Of a DNA stretch of 64,000 nucleotides, positions 16,768 to 27,160 are shown one piece after another. This DNA comes from a bacterium (lineage in GTDB: Bacteria; Zhuqueibacterota; Zhuqueibacteria; Residuimicrobiales; Krinioviventaceae). The DNA is taken from contig CAXXMD010000003.1 of NCBI GenBank assembly GCA_963675755.2, forward strand, positions 2,336,001-2,400,000, in the 5' to 3' direction. A model generated the notes under the pieces. The model saw only the letters and a list, made by a program, of their open reading frames with translations, had not been told where the DNA came from and searched no databases. Within the stretch, counting starts at the first letter, position 1; each line of letters starts with the position of its first letter. The translations under genes and the position numbers were made by a program.

Positions 16768-19515
16768 ATGTTGAAATATAGATTTGTGGTATGGACTGTT
16801 TTGATTACAGCGGTATCTCTATTGGCTCAGACTACCGAGATCCAATACCTGTCCGGAACGGGAAATGACAATACGGTAAAATGGAATTTTATGGTTACCG
16901 GCGGCCAACACAGCAATAAATGGACAAAGATACCGGTGCCATCCTGTTGGGAATTGCAGGGATTTGGCAATTACAACTATGGTCGGCAGCTTCCCCATGC
17001 AGACGAGCAGGGGAAATATCGTTATGCTTTTATGGTGCCGCAAAGCTGGCACAGTAAAAAGATCGAATTGGTATTTGAAGGCTCTATGACCGATACCGAG
17101 GTATGGATCAATGGCATGTCAGCAGGCCCTGTGCACAAGGGTGCATTTTATCGTTTCAGTTATGACATCACCCGGCTGGTACGCGCCGGTGAAGAAAATA
17201 TGCTGGAAGTAACCGTGAGCAAAAAATCATCAAACGAATCTGTAAACCTGGCAGAGCGGGTAGCGGATTTTTGGATATTCGGCGGCATATTCAGGCCGGT
17301 GTATTTACGCGGGCTGCCCTGGGAGCATGTGGACCGTGTTGCCATTGACGCTCAAGCGGATGGTTCTTTTGCCGTGGACGTGTTTCTCGAAAATATTGAA
17401 TTGGCAAAACAGGTGGAATGCCAGATCAAAACCAAAGAGGGTCAGAATGTTGGCGGGCCATTTTCTACACAGATCAATAAAAATGACACCCATGTGAGAT
17501 TGACCACCCAGATCGAAAATCCCCAATTGTGGACTGCGGAAACTCCAAATCTGTATGTTGCAGAAATCCGGTTAAAAGCAGCGGATGAAATGCACATGAC
17601 CTCGCAAAAATTCGGATTCCGCACGGTTGAGGTCCGTAAAGGCGATGGGATTTATGTCAACAATGTCAAAGTGCATTTAAAAGGTGTAAACCGGCACTCA
17701 TTTTGGCCGGAAAGCGGACGTACATTGAGCAAGGCCATCAGTATTGAGGATGTAAACCTGATCAAAGATATGAATATGAATGCGGTGCGCATGTCTCATT
17801 ATCCTCCTGACGCGCATTTTCTGGATGTGTGTGATTCTCTGGGGTTGTTTGTTCTGGATGAATTGACCGGCTGGCAGGCAGCCTATGATACTGAAACCGG
17901 AAAACGACTGGTTAAAGAACTGGTTACGCGCGATGTAAACCATCCTTGTATTTTGTTCTGGGACAATGGAAACGAAGGTGGGTTCAATTATGAACTGGTG
18001 CCCGAGTTTTCCAAATGGGACCCGCAAAAGCGAAATGTACTGCATCCATGGGAAACAGCGAGTGGGATCAATACATCGCATTACCAGGATTTTGAAATGT
18101 TTCGCAAAATGCTGGACGATGGGCCGGACCTGCTGATGCCCACCGAGATCTGGCATGGATTGTATGATGGCGGCCATGGTGCGGGATTGCAGGATTATTG
18201 GGACATGGCATATAATAAAAAGTACAATGCCGGTGGTTTTTCATGGGTGTTTGCAGATGAAGGTGTGGTCAGAACAGACAAGAACAATATACTTGACAAT
18301 GCCGGCAATCAGGCCCCGGACGGCATAGTGGGTCCTCATCACGAAAAAGAGGCCAGTTTCTTTGCCATCAAAGAGATTTATTCTCCTGTGTATATCGTTG
18401 AAAAAACACTGGATAGTAGTTTTGATGGAGCTATTCCGGTGGAAAACCGCTATTACTATACCAATCTTGATCAATGCAGTTTCAGCGCGTGGTTGGGCAA
18501 CTTTCCCGGTCCCTTTGATGATGCGGAAGGACTCGCTTCACGCATGGATGTACAGATCGCTCCGGTGAGTTGTGCACCTGGTGAAAAGTCTCAACTATTA
18601 CTGGAATTACCGAATAATTTTTCAGAGTATGATGTCTTGTACGTGAATGCAAAAGCAAAAACCGGACGGGATATTTATACCTGGAGCTTTCCGTTACAAA
18701 AATCCAGGAAATATGTTGATCCGGTAGTGGATGTCAAGAATGGTAAAATTCAAGCCGATACCAGCGGCAATAATTTGATCGTTAAAGCCGGTAACATGGA
18801 ATATGTTTTTGAAACCCGTCGCGGCAAGCTGCGCTCAGTCAAAAAAGATGGCAATACAATTTCGTTCAACAATGGTCCCCGGTTGGCTGCTGGCGGTGAT
18901 CGTCCCGCAACGGTCCATTATGGTGATGAAAATGGTGCCTATGTGATTGAAAGTGACTTCCATTCCGGGAATTTCATCCATCTGAAATGGACGGTTTACG
19001 CATCTGGCTGGTTGAAATTGGACTATCTGTATCGATTGTACGGATATCATGATTTTATGGGCGTATCCTTTGATTATCCTGAAGAGATGGTGCAGGGAAT
19101 GAAATGGCTGGGTATGGGGCCTTATCGTGTCTGGAAGAACCGTACCGCTGGTGTAATGCTGAATGTATGGCAAAACGATTACAACGATACCACTCCCGGC
19201 GAGTCGTGGGATTATCCCGAGTTTAAGGGCTATTATGATGCCTTTCACTGGGTGGTGATTGATACAAAAGAAGGCCAAATCACAGTCATGACTGATCAGG
19301 ATGATCTGTACCTGCGCATGCTGACACCCAACCTGGGCAAAGATGCAAGGACTGCAACGGCGCCCTTTCCGGGAGGAGATATTTCGTTTCTGCATGGTAT
19401 ATCTCCTATTGGTACAAAATTCAGAGATGCTGTGAATACAGGTCCCCACGGCGTACCTTATGAAGCAAATGGAGATTACACCGGAACATTGTATTTTTAT
19501 TTTGGAGAAAAGTAA
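16768..19515 (+). CDS. Glycoside hydrolase family 2 (beta-galactosidase-like), secreted
   Basis: FGGIFRPV, FGFRTVE, LKGVNRH, NAVRMSHYP, NHPCILFWDNGNE acid/base motif. Confidence 0.92.
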   Translation: MLKYRFVVWTVLITAVSLLAQTTEIQYLSGTGNDNTVKWNFMVTGGQHSNKWTKIPVPSCWELQGFGNYNYGRQLPHADEQGKYRYAFMVPQSWHSKKIELVFEGSMTDTEVWINGMSAGPVHKGAFYRFSYDITRLVRAGEENMLEVTVSKKSSNESVNLAERVADFWIFGGIFRPVYLRGLPWEHVDRVAIDAQADGSFAVDVFLENIELAKQVECQIKTKEGQNVGGPFSTQINKNDTHVRLTTQIENPQLWTAETPNLYVAEIRLKAADEMHMTSQKFGFRTVEVRKGDGIYVNNVKVHLKGVNRHSFWPESGRTLSKAISIEDVNLIKDMNMNAVRMSHYPPDAHFLDVCDSLGLFVLDELTGWQAAYDTETGKRLVKELVTRDVNHPCILFWDNGNEGGFNYELVPEFSKWDPQKRNVLHPWETASGINTSHYQDFEMFRKMLDDGPDLLMPTEIWHGLYDGGHGAGLQDYWDMAYNKKYNAGGFSWVFADEGVVRTDKNNILDNAGNQAPDGIVGPHHEKEASFFAIKEIYSPVYIVEKTLDSSFDGAIPVENRYYYTNLDQCSFSAWLGNFPGPFDDAEGLASRMDVQIAPVSCAPGEKSQLLLELPNNFSEYDVLYVNAKAKTGRDIYTWSFPLQKSRKYVDPVVDVKNGKIQADTSGNNLIVKAGNMEYVFETRRGKLRSVKKDGNTISFNNGPRLAAGGDRPATVHYGDENGAYVIESDFHSGNFIHLKWTVYASGWLKLDYLYRLYGYHDFMGVSFDYPEEMVQGMKWLGMGPYRVWKNRTAGVMLNVWQNDYNDTTPGESWDYPEFKGYYDAFHWVVIDTKEGQITVMTDQDDLYLRMLTPNLGKDARTATAPFPGGDISFLHGISPIGTKFRDAVNTGPHGVPYEANGDYTGTLYFYFGEK

Positions 19516-19621
19516 AAAATATCGGATGAATTTTGTTCATCTGGTTGTTCATAAGGTGTTGTGATTCTCCCGAAATACTGTTAAATTGTTTGAATTAAAT
19601 ACATGAATATGAGGAGTTAAT

Positions 19622-20641
19622 GTGAGTAAGCTGATAGACAAATATTTTAAACGTGGACGTGATTTTTTTGGTATAGAATATCCTATTATCAGTGGAGCAA
19701 TGACCTGGATCAGTGATCCCAAACTGGTTTCAACTGTGTCCAATGCCGGTGGTTTGGGCTGTCTGGCGGGCGGCAATACGCCTCCTGAAATTCTGGAAGC
19801 ACAGATCAAAGAAACCCGGTCATTAACAAGTAATCCCTTTGCAGTAAACCTGATAACCATTGCACCGGCTTATCAGACCCATCTTGAACTGGTGCGCGAT
19901 TTAAAGCTGCCTTATGTAATCTTTGCCGGTGGTATACCCGGTAAAGATGATATTCAAAAAGTCAAAGATACAGGCGCAACGGTATTGTGTTTTGCGTCTA
20001 CCGAGTCTATTGCCAAACGTATGGTACGTTATGGCGCGGAAGGACTGATTCTTGAAGGTATGGAAGCCGGCGGTCATGTGGGACATGTAAGTCTGGCGAT
20101 TTTGCTGCAGCAGGTTTTGTTCGAGGTCAAGGATGTACCTGTTTTTGTAGCCGGAGGCATTGCAACCGGTAAAATGAGCGCGCATCTGTTTTTAATGGGA
20201 GCAGCAGGTGTTCAAATGGGTACCCGTTTCGCAGTTGCGGAAGAAAGTGTGGCCCATGAAAAATTTAAAGAAAAATTTATCCGTTCAAACGCTCGCGACG
20301 CGGTTTCAACACCGCAATTCGACAGCCGCTTGCCGGTTGTTGCTGTGCGTGCGTTACGCAACAAAGGCCACGATGAGTTTGGTGATTTGCAGCTTGATCT
20401 TATTAAACAATTGAATGACGGTAAAATTACACGTGTTGATGCACAGATGAAAGTAGAAGAATTCTGGATGGGCGCTTTGCGCCGAGCGGTTATTGATGGT
20501 GATGTAATGCGCGGTTCTCTCATGGCAGGTCAGTCAGTTGGACTCATTAATAAAGTCCAGTCAGTTAAAGAAATTATTGACGAGCTGGTTGAAGAGATTG
20601 AAGAAGAATTGCAATCGGTGAAACGTGATTTGAACAGTTAA
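19622..20641 (+). CDS. Nitronate monooxygenase / FabK-like enoyl-ACP reductase (FMN TIM barrel)
   Basis: YPIISGAMTWIS, VSNAGGLG, EGMEAGGH, VAGGIA, GVQMGTRF, MAGQSVGLI; GTG start after GAGGAG. Confidence 0.88.
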   Translation: MSKLIDKYFKRGRDFFGIEYPIISGAMTWISDPKLVSTVSNAGGLGCLAGGNTPPEILEAQIKETRSLTSNPFAVNLITIAPAYQTHLELVRDLKLPYVIFAGGIPGKDDIQKVKDTGATVLCFASTESIAKRMVRYGAEGLILEGMEAGGHVGHVSLAILLQQVLFEVKDVPVFVAGGIATGKMSAHLFLMGAAGVQMGTRFAVAEESVAHEKFKEKFIRSNARDAVSTPQFDSRLPVVAVRALRNKGHDEFGDLQLDLIKQLNDGKITRVDAQMKVEEFWMGALRRAVIDGDVMRGSLMAGQSVGLINKVQSVKEIIDELVEEIEEELQSVKRDLNS

Positions 20642-20659
20642 TCAAGTTAAAATATTTAG

Positions 20660-20698
20660 AAAAAGCCCTGTAAAGTATCTACTCTACAGGGCTTTTTT
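20660..20698. terminator. Bidirectional intrinsic terminator
   Basis: AAAAAGCCCTGTA...TACAGGGCTTTTTT between convergent genes. Confidence 0.85.
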
Positions 20699-20726
20699 GT
20701 TTCTATTGAACAACCGGAACCGGGTT

Positions 20727-21239
20727 TCATTTCCGCTTATAGACGAGTTCTATCAGTCCCTGAGACAATTGCCGGTTTGAAATGGGCTGTAACTGCTCTT
20801 CCTCAAGGGGCGTTGTAAACAGGGGAATACCTTCTCCCAGCCATACGGGATGCACATACAACCAGTACTCGTCGATGAGATTGTATTGACGAAACTGGGA
20901 GGCAATCTGGGAACCACCCATGAGCCATATATCACCTTTTGCGGATTCACGGATTTCTTTGTAAACCTGGTCAGCTTGTCCATTTATTGTAATTATAGCC
21001 CCTGGGGGATTTTTGATCTCTTTATGTGTCATTACATAACAGGTTTTGCCCTCGTAGGGCCAGAATCCGCAATTTTCTACAAAATTATAGGATTCCCGTC
21101 CCATGATGATGGTATCAATGGATTGGAGAAACTCTTCGTATCCTGTATCCTCTGCCTGGGCCAACCAGTCCACACCACCGTCTTTGCGGGCAATGTACCC
21201 GTCAAGGCTGGTGGCTACATAGAGAATGAGTTTTGACAT
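20727..21239 (-). CDS. Dihydrofolate reductase / RibD C-terminal family protein
   Basis: ATSLDGYIA, IIMGRESY, DIWLMGG, LIDEY, LGEGIPLF. Confidence 0.9.
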   Translation of the reverse strand: MSKLILYVATSLDGYIARKDGGVDWLAQAEDTGYEEFLQSIDTIIMGRESYNFVENCGFWPYEGKTCYVMTHKEIKNPPGAIITINGQADQVYKEIRESAKGDIWLMGGSQIASQFRQYNLIDEYWLYVHPVWLGEGIPLFTTPLEEEQLQPISNRQLSQGLIELVYKRK

Positions 21240-21250
21240 ATACGCCCTTC

Positions 21251-21787
21251 TTATCGGGTTTGAATAGTGTTGATGAAATCCTCAGGATTGTAACCCTGTT
21301 CCGTCAGAATGGCATCAATTTGCTGCCGGGTTTCATCGTTGATTTGCGGTGTACGGGCGAGTATCCAGCCGTATTTTCGCTCCGGGTGACCCACAATAGC
21401 CCACTGGTAATTTTCATCCAGGCCAATAATCCAATAGTCGCCCCAGAACCAGTTACGCCAAAAGAACCGCACAAAACTCACCTGTAATTTGGCATTGCTT
21501 TGCGTATCTACAATTCTGGCCCGGCCTTTGGCATCCATTTCCTGACCGTTTTCTTTATAACAGCGATTTATAACCCGAATACTGCCATTGTCCATCAGGG
21601 TATAATTTGCTGTGGTACCAAAGGCGCATTTTTTCTGGAACCGGTTCGGCAGTTTGGCAATCTCGTACCAGGTGCCGGTATAGCGTTCAAGGTCCACATG
21701 CTTTACCGTTTCGGGTGGATTTACAGCGAACACGGAACCGGTTGAAAAGAGAGTAGTTATCAATGCAGAGTAAAATATGTTTTTCAT
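21251..21787 (-). CDS. Bacterial lipocalin (Blc-like)
   Basis: VDLERYTGTWYEIA, GDYWII, WILARTP; signal peptide without an obvious lipobox Cys. Confidence 0.9.
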   Translation of the reverse strand: MKNIFYSALITTLFSTGSVFAVNPPETVKHVDLERYTGTWYEIAKLPNRFQKKCAFGTTANYTLMDNGSIRVINRCYKENGQEMDAKGRARIVDTQSNAKLQVSFVRFFWRNWFWGDYWIIGLDENYQWAIVGHPERKYGWILARTPQINDETRQQIDAILTEQGYNPEDFINTIQTR

Positions 21788-21944
21788 TGTTAGCAATCCT
21801 TTAATTAATCAAATTGAGTAACAAATCAATGATTATTGCTATTCAATAAAGTTGTGATTTTGCGAAAAAAGTGTATATTGAAATATACAAATTCATAGCT
21901 GACAATGGTCTGCGTGGGGATTCATCAAACAAGGGGTTGTTCAA

Positions 21945-22259
21945 ATGTTAATGTATTTTTATTATGCCGGAGCGGTTGCCTGGATCATTTTATTGTTAGA
22001 ATTTTTCCTTTTCCCATTTGGGATTTTTTCTCTGATTTTGTACAAAAAAACAGGATTGCTCAAAGTTAACTTTTTTCTCTCATTCCTGCCTACAGTGTTA
22101 GGGCTGATAGGTGGATTGATGAATGTTATGAGTACGAGTCCAGTTGTAGAGAGCAAAGCTTTACTGTTTTGGTATGCTTTACGAGTGGGTATCATATTTA
22201 GCATACCCTTGTGGATTTTTGCTTTGGTTGGTTATTATCTAAACCGCAGGCATGGTTGA
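21945..22259 (+). CDS. Small 3-TM hypothetical membrane protein
   Basis: Hydrophobic 104-aa ORF with RBS, overlapping the next gene's start. Confidence 0.65.
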   Translation: MLMYFYYAGAVAWIILLLEFFLFPFGIFSLILYKKTGLLKVNFFLSFLPTVLGLIGGLMNVMSTSPVVESKALLFWYALRVGIIFSIPLWIFALVGYYLNRRHG

Positions 22260-22698
22260 TAAAAAATACAATTCTGATTTGCTGATATTGTGCATTCAAC
22301 GGATTGCAGCCGGAATAATAGATTACATTCCGTTCTCAATAGTTTGTATTATACTGAATATTGTCTTTATATCAATCCCTGCAGGTGAAATGTATTATGA
22401 AAGAAATCCGAATAATATTCTTATTGATGTAATAGATTTATTTATCTATTTGATTTATTATATTGTGATGGAAAGTTCTTCAAAACAGGCCAACCTGGGT
22501 AAGATCAGCATGGGGATTAAAGTGACGGACATGGAGGGTAATCGGCCTGGTGTAATGAAATGCATCATCCGCAATTTGATGAAAATTGTAACCATACTAA
22601 CCCTGGGTGTTGGATACCTCGTCATGTTGACCACAAAGAACAACCAAACCCTGCACGACATGCCTGCCAAATGCAGGGTAGTCAGTAATAAAAATTGA
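22252..22698 (+). CDS. RDD family membrane protein
   Basis: RIAAGIID, QANLGKISMGIKV, IRN, QTLHD. Confidence 0.88.
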   Translation: MVDKKYNSDLLILCIQRIAAGIIDYIPFSIVCIILNIVFISIPAGEMYYERNPNNILIDVIDLFIYLIYYIVMESSSKQANLGKISMGIKVTDMEGNRPGVMKCIIRNLMKIVTILTLGVGYLVMLTTKNNQTLHDMPAKCRVVSNKN

Positions 22699-22760
22699 TG
22701 ATTTTATGAAAAATTTTTTTATCTTTTGATATCATATGCCAAGAATATCAAGAGGAAAAG

Positions 22761-23915
22761 ATGAAAAAAGTGACACTGTTGTTTCTGATTTGTTTAACTG
22801 TATCTATTGTTATGGCTGCTCCTGAAGCAGAGATCCTTTCTGAAAAAGTTATATGTCAACAACCTGGCCGTTACATTGGCTGGCCCACCATTGAAAAGGG
22901 AAAAGACGGTACGCTGTATGTAGTTTTCTCCGGAGATCGTGACTCGCATGTTTGTCCCTGGGGCATGACCCAGATGATCACCAGTACAGACAATGGCGCC
23001 ACCTGGTCCGATCCGGTTACCATCAACAATACACCGCTTGATGATCGTGATGCCGGCATCATGCGTACTCGTAACAATACCCTGATTGTGAGCTGGTTTA
23101 CTTCACTTGAATTTGCTTACCAGTTTGAAGAAAAATGGCAGAATTATACAAAGGAACGTGTGTTGAGCTGGCAGCGTCATATCGAGAAAATCAGTCCGGA
23201 AACCCGCGAACAGTGGCTGGGCAACTGGGTACGCCGCTCCACTGATGGCGGGTTAACATGGGGAGAATATATCGATTCAAAAGTAACTGCACCACACGGT
23301 CCTGTTCAGCTTGCGGATGGTCGACAATTGTATGTAGGAATCAATAAAAAAGTAGGTGACCGGAAAAGTACGAAACCTGCAAAAGCGCATCGTATTGCTG
23401 CAGCAGAATCACATGATGATGGTAAAAGCTGGCAGATCGTTGGCTATGTCCCTGTTCCAGAAATATACAGCCGATCAGGCTCTTTTAGTGAACCGCATGT
23501 TGTTGAAGCGGCAGATGGCAGGCTGGTAGCTATGTTCCGATACAGCGGAGAGCCTAACCATTATGAATTGATACAGTCCGAAAGTTTCGACGGCGGCGTG
23601 ACCTGGACCCCTCTGCACACATCCGGTATTTGGGGATATCCCCCGCATCTCACTTGTCTCAGTAATGACTGGCTGCTGGTTACCTATGGATACCGTAAAG
23701 AACCCTATGGTGAGCGTGCCTGTATCAGTCGTGACAATGGCACGACCTGGGATGTAGACAATGCATTTATTCTGTCATCCGCAAACAATAGTGATTTGGG
23801 GTATCCCGCATCGGTCCAACTGGATGATGGCTCCATATATACGATATATTACCAGGCACCTGAACGCAGAGAGATGACGGTATTAAAGGCAACTCACTGG
23901 CGGATTAAAGAATAA
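22761..23915 (+). CDS. Secreted BNR/Asp-box beta-propeller (sialidase-like), copy 1
   Basis: Five Asp boxes (STDNGATW, STDGGLTW, SHDDGKSW, SFDGGVTW, SRDNGTTW) and DLGYP. Confidence 0.88.
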   Translation: MKKVTLLFLICLTVSIVMAAPEAEILSEKVICQQPGRYIGWPTIEKGKDGTLYVVFSGDRDSHVCPWGMTQMITSTDNGATWSDPVTINNTPLDDRDAGIMRTRNNTLIVSWFTSLEFAYQFEEKWQNYTKERVLSWQRHIEKISPETREQWLGNWVRRSTDGGLTWGEYIDSKVTAPHGPVQLADGRQLYVGINKKVGDRKSTKPAKAHRIAAAESHDDGKSWQIVGYVPVPEIYSRSGSFSEPHVVEAADGRLVAMFRYSGEPNHYELIQSESFDGGVTWTPLHTSGIWGYPPHLTCLSNDWLLVTYGYRKEPYGERACISRDNGTTWDVDNAFILSSANNSDLGYPASVQLDDGSIYTIYYQAPERREMTVLKATHWRIKE

Positions 23916-23947
23916 GTTGATTTAAAAATAGAATTTGTGAGGATTTT

Positions 23948-25105
23948 ATGAAAAAAATGACCCTGTTGATCCTGATCTGTTTTGCTGTATCAATTGCTGT
24001 GGCAGCTCCTAAAGCAGAGATCCTTTCAGAAAAGGTTATCTGTCAGCAGCCGGACCGCTACATTGGCTGGCCTACCATTGATAAAGGAGAGGATGGAACA
24101 CTGTATGTGGTATTTTCCGGTGACCGTGAATCACATGTTTGTCCGTGGGGAGTGACCCAGATGATCACCAGTACGGACAATGGCGCTACCTGGTCTGATC
24201 CGGTTACCATCAACAATACACCGCTTGATGATCGTGATGCCGGCATTTTGCGAACACGGAATAATACGCTCATTGTAAGCTGGTTTACTTCATTAGCATT
24301 TGCTTATCAGTTTGAAAGAAAATGGCAGGACTATACAAAAGAACGGGTACTGAGCTGGAAACGCCATATTGAAAAGATTGGTCCTGATACTCGTGAACAA
24401 TGGATAGGTAACTGGGTGCGTCGTTCTACCGACGGCGGATTGACCTGGGGCGATTATATTGACTCCAAAGTAAGTGCGCCTCATGGTCCTGTTCAGTTAA
24501 CCGATGGCCGCCAACTATATGTGGGTATCAATAAAAAAGTGGGAGATCAGAACAGCGCGAGTCCTGCAGCCGCACATAGAATCGCTGCGGCAGAATCCCG
24601 TGATGACGGCAAAAGCTGGCAGATTATTGGTTATATTCCCATCCCTGAATTTTTTGATCCCGGTGCTAAAGATTTTCATGAACCGCATGTAATAGAAGCA
24701 GCCGATGGAAGGCTGGTTGCCATGATCCGTTACCATGGAGAACCACATCATTATGAATTGATCCAGTCCGAGAGTTTTGATGGCGGTGTTACCTGGACAC
24801 CTGCACATACATCCGGTATTTGGGGTTATCCGCCTCATTTAGCGCGCCTCAACAATGGCTGGCTGCTGGTGACCTATGGATACCGTAAAGAACCCTATGG
24901 TGAACGCGCCTGTATTAGTCGTGACAATGGCGAAACCTGGGATGTTGACAATGTTTTTACCTTGTCATCTGCTACCAATAGTGATTTGGGGTATCCTGCA
25001 TCCGTACAACTGGATGATGGATCTATCTATTCGATATATTATCAGTCGCCAAAGCGTGGTGAAATGACGGTTTTAAAAGCAACACACTGGCGAATAAAAG
25101 AGTAA
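23948..25105 (+). CDS. Secreted BNR/Asp-box beta-propeller (sialidase-like), copy 2
   Basis: Close tandem duplicate of 22761-23915. Confidence 0.88.
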   Translation: MKKMTLLILICFAVSIAVAAPKAEILSEKVICQQPDRYIGWPTIDKGEDGTLYVVFSGDRESHVCPWGVTQMITSTDNGATWSDPVTINNTPLDDRDAGILRTRNNTLIVSWFTSLAFAYQFERKWQDYTKERVLSWKRHIEKIGPDTREQWIGNWVRRSTDGGLTWGDYIDSKVSAPHGPVQLTDGRQLYVGINKKVGDQNSASPAAAHRIAAAESRDDGKSWQIIGYIPIPEFFDPGAKDFHEPHVIEAADGRLVAMIRYHGEPHHYELIQSESFDGGVTWTPAHTSGIWGYPPHLARLNNGWLLVTYGYRKEPYGERACISRDNGETWDVDNVFTLSSATNSDLGYPASVQLDDGSIYSIYYQSPKRGEMTVLKATHWRIKE

Positions 25106-25390
25106 ACATATAGTACGAAAAATAATTTGTGCAGTTGTTTTTATATCTGTATTTTGGTGAATTGGAAAGCTATTGTTGCTAAAAAGATTTTTGCATTCAA
25201 AAATAAATTGGTTATATTTTTAATCGAGTTGAATTAGAACAATAGCTTTCACATCCTGTTCAACCCCGTTAACACATTCAAGCATTTTAGATATGATTCC
25301 GGTTTTGTATTGAATGATGAGATAATGTTTTAATATATAATTAGCGTTTATCAAGATACATGTGAAAGCAATATATGGTTCAATACCAGC

Positions 25391-25954
25391 ATGAATACAA
25401 ATAATGCTCTGGAATTAACAGATTTTCAAATTGAAAAGATCCGAAACAAAGATGTTGATGCTTTTGAGATTCTTTTCAAAACTTTTTATAAACCATTATT
25501 ACAATTTGCATATAGATATTTAAATGATGTTGATATGTGCAAGGATGTTGTGCAAGAGGTGTTTTATAAAATTTGGGAAAACAGTGAAAATCTGGATTCT
25601 GCTAAAAATATAAAATCTTATCTGTTTACCGCTGTAAGAAATCAATGCTTGAAGAAAATTCAAAAATTGAATATAGAACGTGAATATGCGTCCTCATATA
25701 TAAGTTTGCATGATGATATCCGACATATTGAAGATCACGTCCATGCCAAAGAGCTTGAAAAACAAATCAATGACGTTATAGATAAATTGCCCGAAAAAGG
25801 TAAAATGATATTTTGTTTGAGCCGGTTTGACAAATTAACATATGCCGAAATTGCAAAAGTTTTGGATATATCTGTTAAAACGGTTGAAACCCACATGTCC
25901 CGCGCACTAAAAGCAATACAACCTGCATTAGTCAAGCTTTTAGAAAAAATCTAG
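25391..25954 (+). CDS. ECF RNA polymerase sigma-70 factor
   Basis: DVVQEVFYKIW, SYLFTAVRN, LTYAEIAKVLDISVKTVETHMSRAL. Confidence 0.93.
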   Translation: MNTNNALELTDFQIEKIRNKDVDAFEILFKTFYKPLLQFAYRYLNDVDMCKDVVQEVFYKIWENSENLDSAKNIKSYLFTAVRNQCLKKIQKLNIEREYASSYISLHDDIRHIEDHVHAKELEKQINDVIDKLPEKGKMIFCLSRFDKLTYAEIAKVLDISVKTVETHMSRALKAIQPALVKLLEKI

Positions 25955-26051
25955 AAAAAGCTAAAAAATTTTAAAATGTTGTAGGGGTGTTTTGTTCCCT
26001 CAAAGGTATTATTATTAAAGGATAACGATAATACCAAACTTGAGGCGATTC

Positions 26052-27107
26052 ATGGTCCCACCTGAAAAATTTGAAATCATACAAAGATATTTATCAAACG
26101 AATGTTCCGAGCAGGAACGTAAAATGGTTGAAAACTGGATGCAGAATGATCCGGATATACGCAATGAAATCCAATTGTTGAGAACGGTATGGAATGCGGA
26201 AGAGAAACCTTTGGCAAATGTTGATGTAGATGCAGATTGGCAACAGTTTAGAGCTGGATTAGAGAAAAAAGAAACAAAATCTGTACACAATGTTGTATCC
26301 ATCCACGCAGCGCATACTCGTGTTGCATATAAAGTAATGCGCTATGCAGCGGTATTTATTTTTGCTCTATTCCTGTCATATTTTCTTACCGAAGGATATT
26401 CATCCTTACCATGGAATTCTGAAACACAAATTGCAGAACAGATTAATATCATCAAGGTAGAAAACGGTCAGCGTAAGACTATAACATTGCCCGATAACTC
26501 AACCGTAACGCTGGATGCCGGAAGTGAATTAAAATATTCATCAAATTTTTTGAATGATAGATTGGTCGAGTTGTCTGGTGAAGGCTTTTTCAAAGTGACC
26601 CATAATCCTGAAAAACCATTTCGGGTACAGGCAAACCATGGATTGGTCAAGGTTTTGGGAACCGAGTTTAATGTAAGGGCCTGGGACATTGATTCTAAAG
26701 TTTCTGTTGTTGTGCAGAGTGGCAAGGTTTCATTTAAACGAAAAGATGAATCCGATGGGAAAACCGTTTATTTAACCAAAGGAAAATACAGTTCATTGGC
26801 ATTAGAGGGCGAGCCGCAAGATCCTGAAGGAATTGATGTATCGCAATATCTCAAATGGATGCAAAATGATATGAACTTTGAAAATGCCAGTGTTGCTCAG
26901 ATATTTGATCAACTGCATCGTTGGTACGGATTTGAATTCAAGTATGATGATGAAACCATGCTTGAAGAACGACTCAGTGTGCATGTAAAACAATCCAATG
27001 TTGATGATGTATTAAATCTGATTGCAATCCTGACCGATAGTCAGATTGAACGGGTAGATACTAGCGTAAATATACAATCCTACCCAGCTACGGGTATTCG
27101 TAATTAA
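26052..27107 (+). CDS. FecR-family anti-sigma factor
   Basis: One TM; LPDNSTVTLDAGSEL, VELSGEGFFKV, VLGTEFNV; ATG at 26052 after GAGG. Confidence 0.92.
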   Translation: MVPPEKFEIIQRYLSNECSEQERKMVENWMQNDPDIRNEIQLLRTVWNAEEKPLANVDVDADWQQFRAGLEKKETKSVHNVVSIHAAHTRVAYKVMRYAAVFIFALFLSYFLTEGYSSLPWNSETQIAEQINIIKVENGQRKTITLPDNSTVTLDAGSELKYSSNFLNDRLVELSGEGFFKVTHNPEKPFRVQANHGLVKVLGTEFNVRAWDIDSKVSVVVQSGKVSFKRKDESDGKTVYLTKGKYSSLALEGEPQDPEGIDVSQYLKWMQNDMNFENASVAQIFDQLHRWYGFEFKYDDETMLEERLSVHVKQSNVDDVLNLIAILTDSQIERVDTSVNIQSYPATGIRN

Positions 27108-27160
27108 GTATTATTTGAAGAGTATTCGTAAAAAGGTGAATTTCCGGAGGTTAATAGAAA

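Noticed and set aside
25981-26015. Putative ECF promoter (TAGGGGT...GTATT) before fecR
   Set aside because: Plausible, but no second copy with consistent spacing in the window to support a consensus
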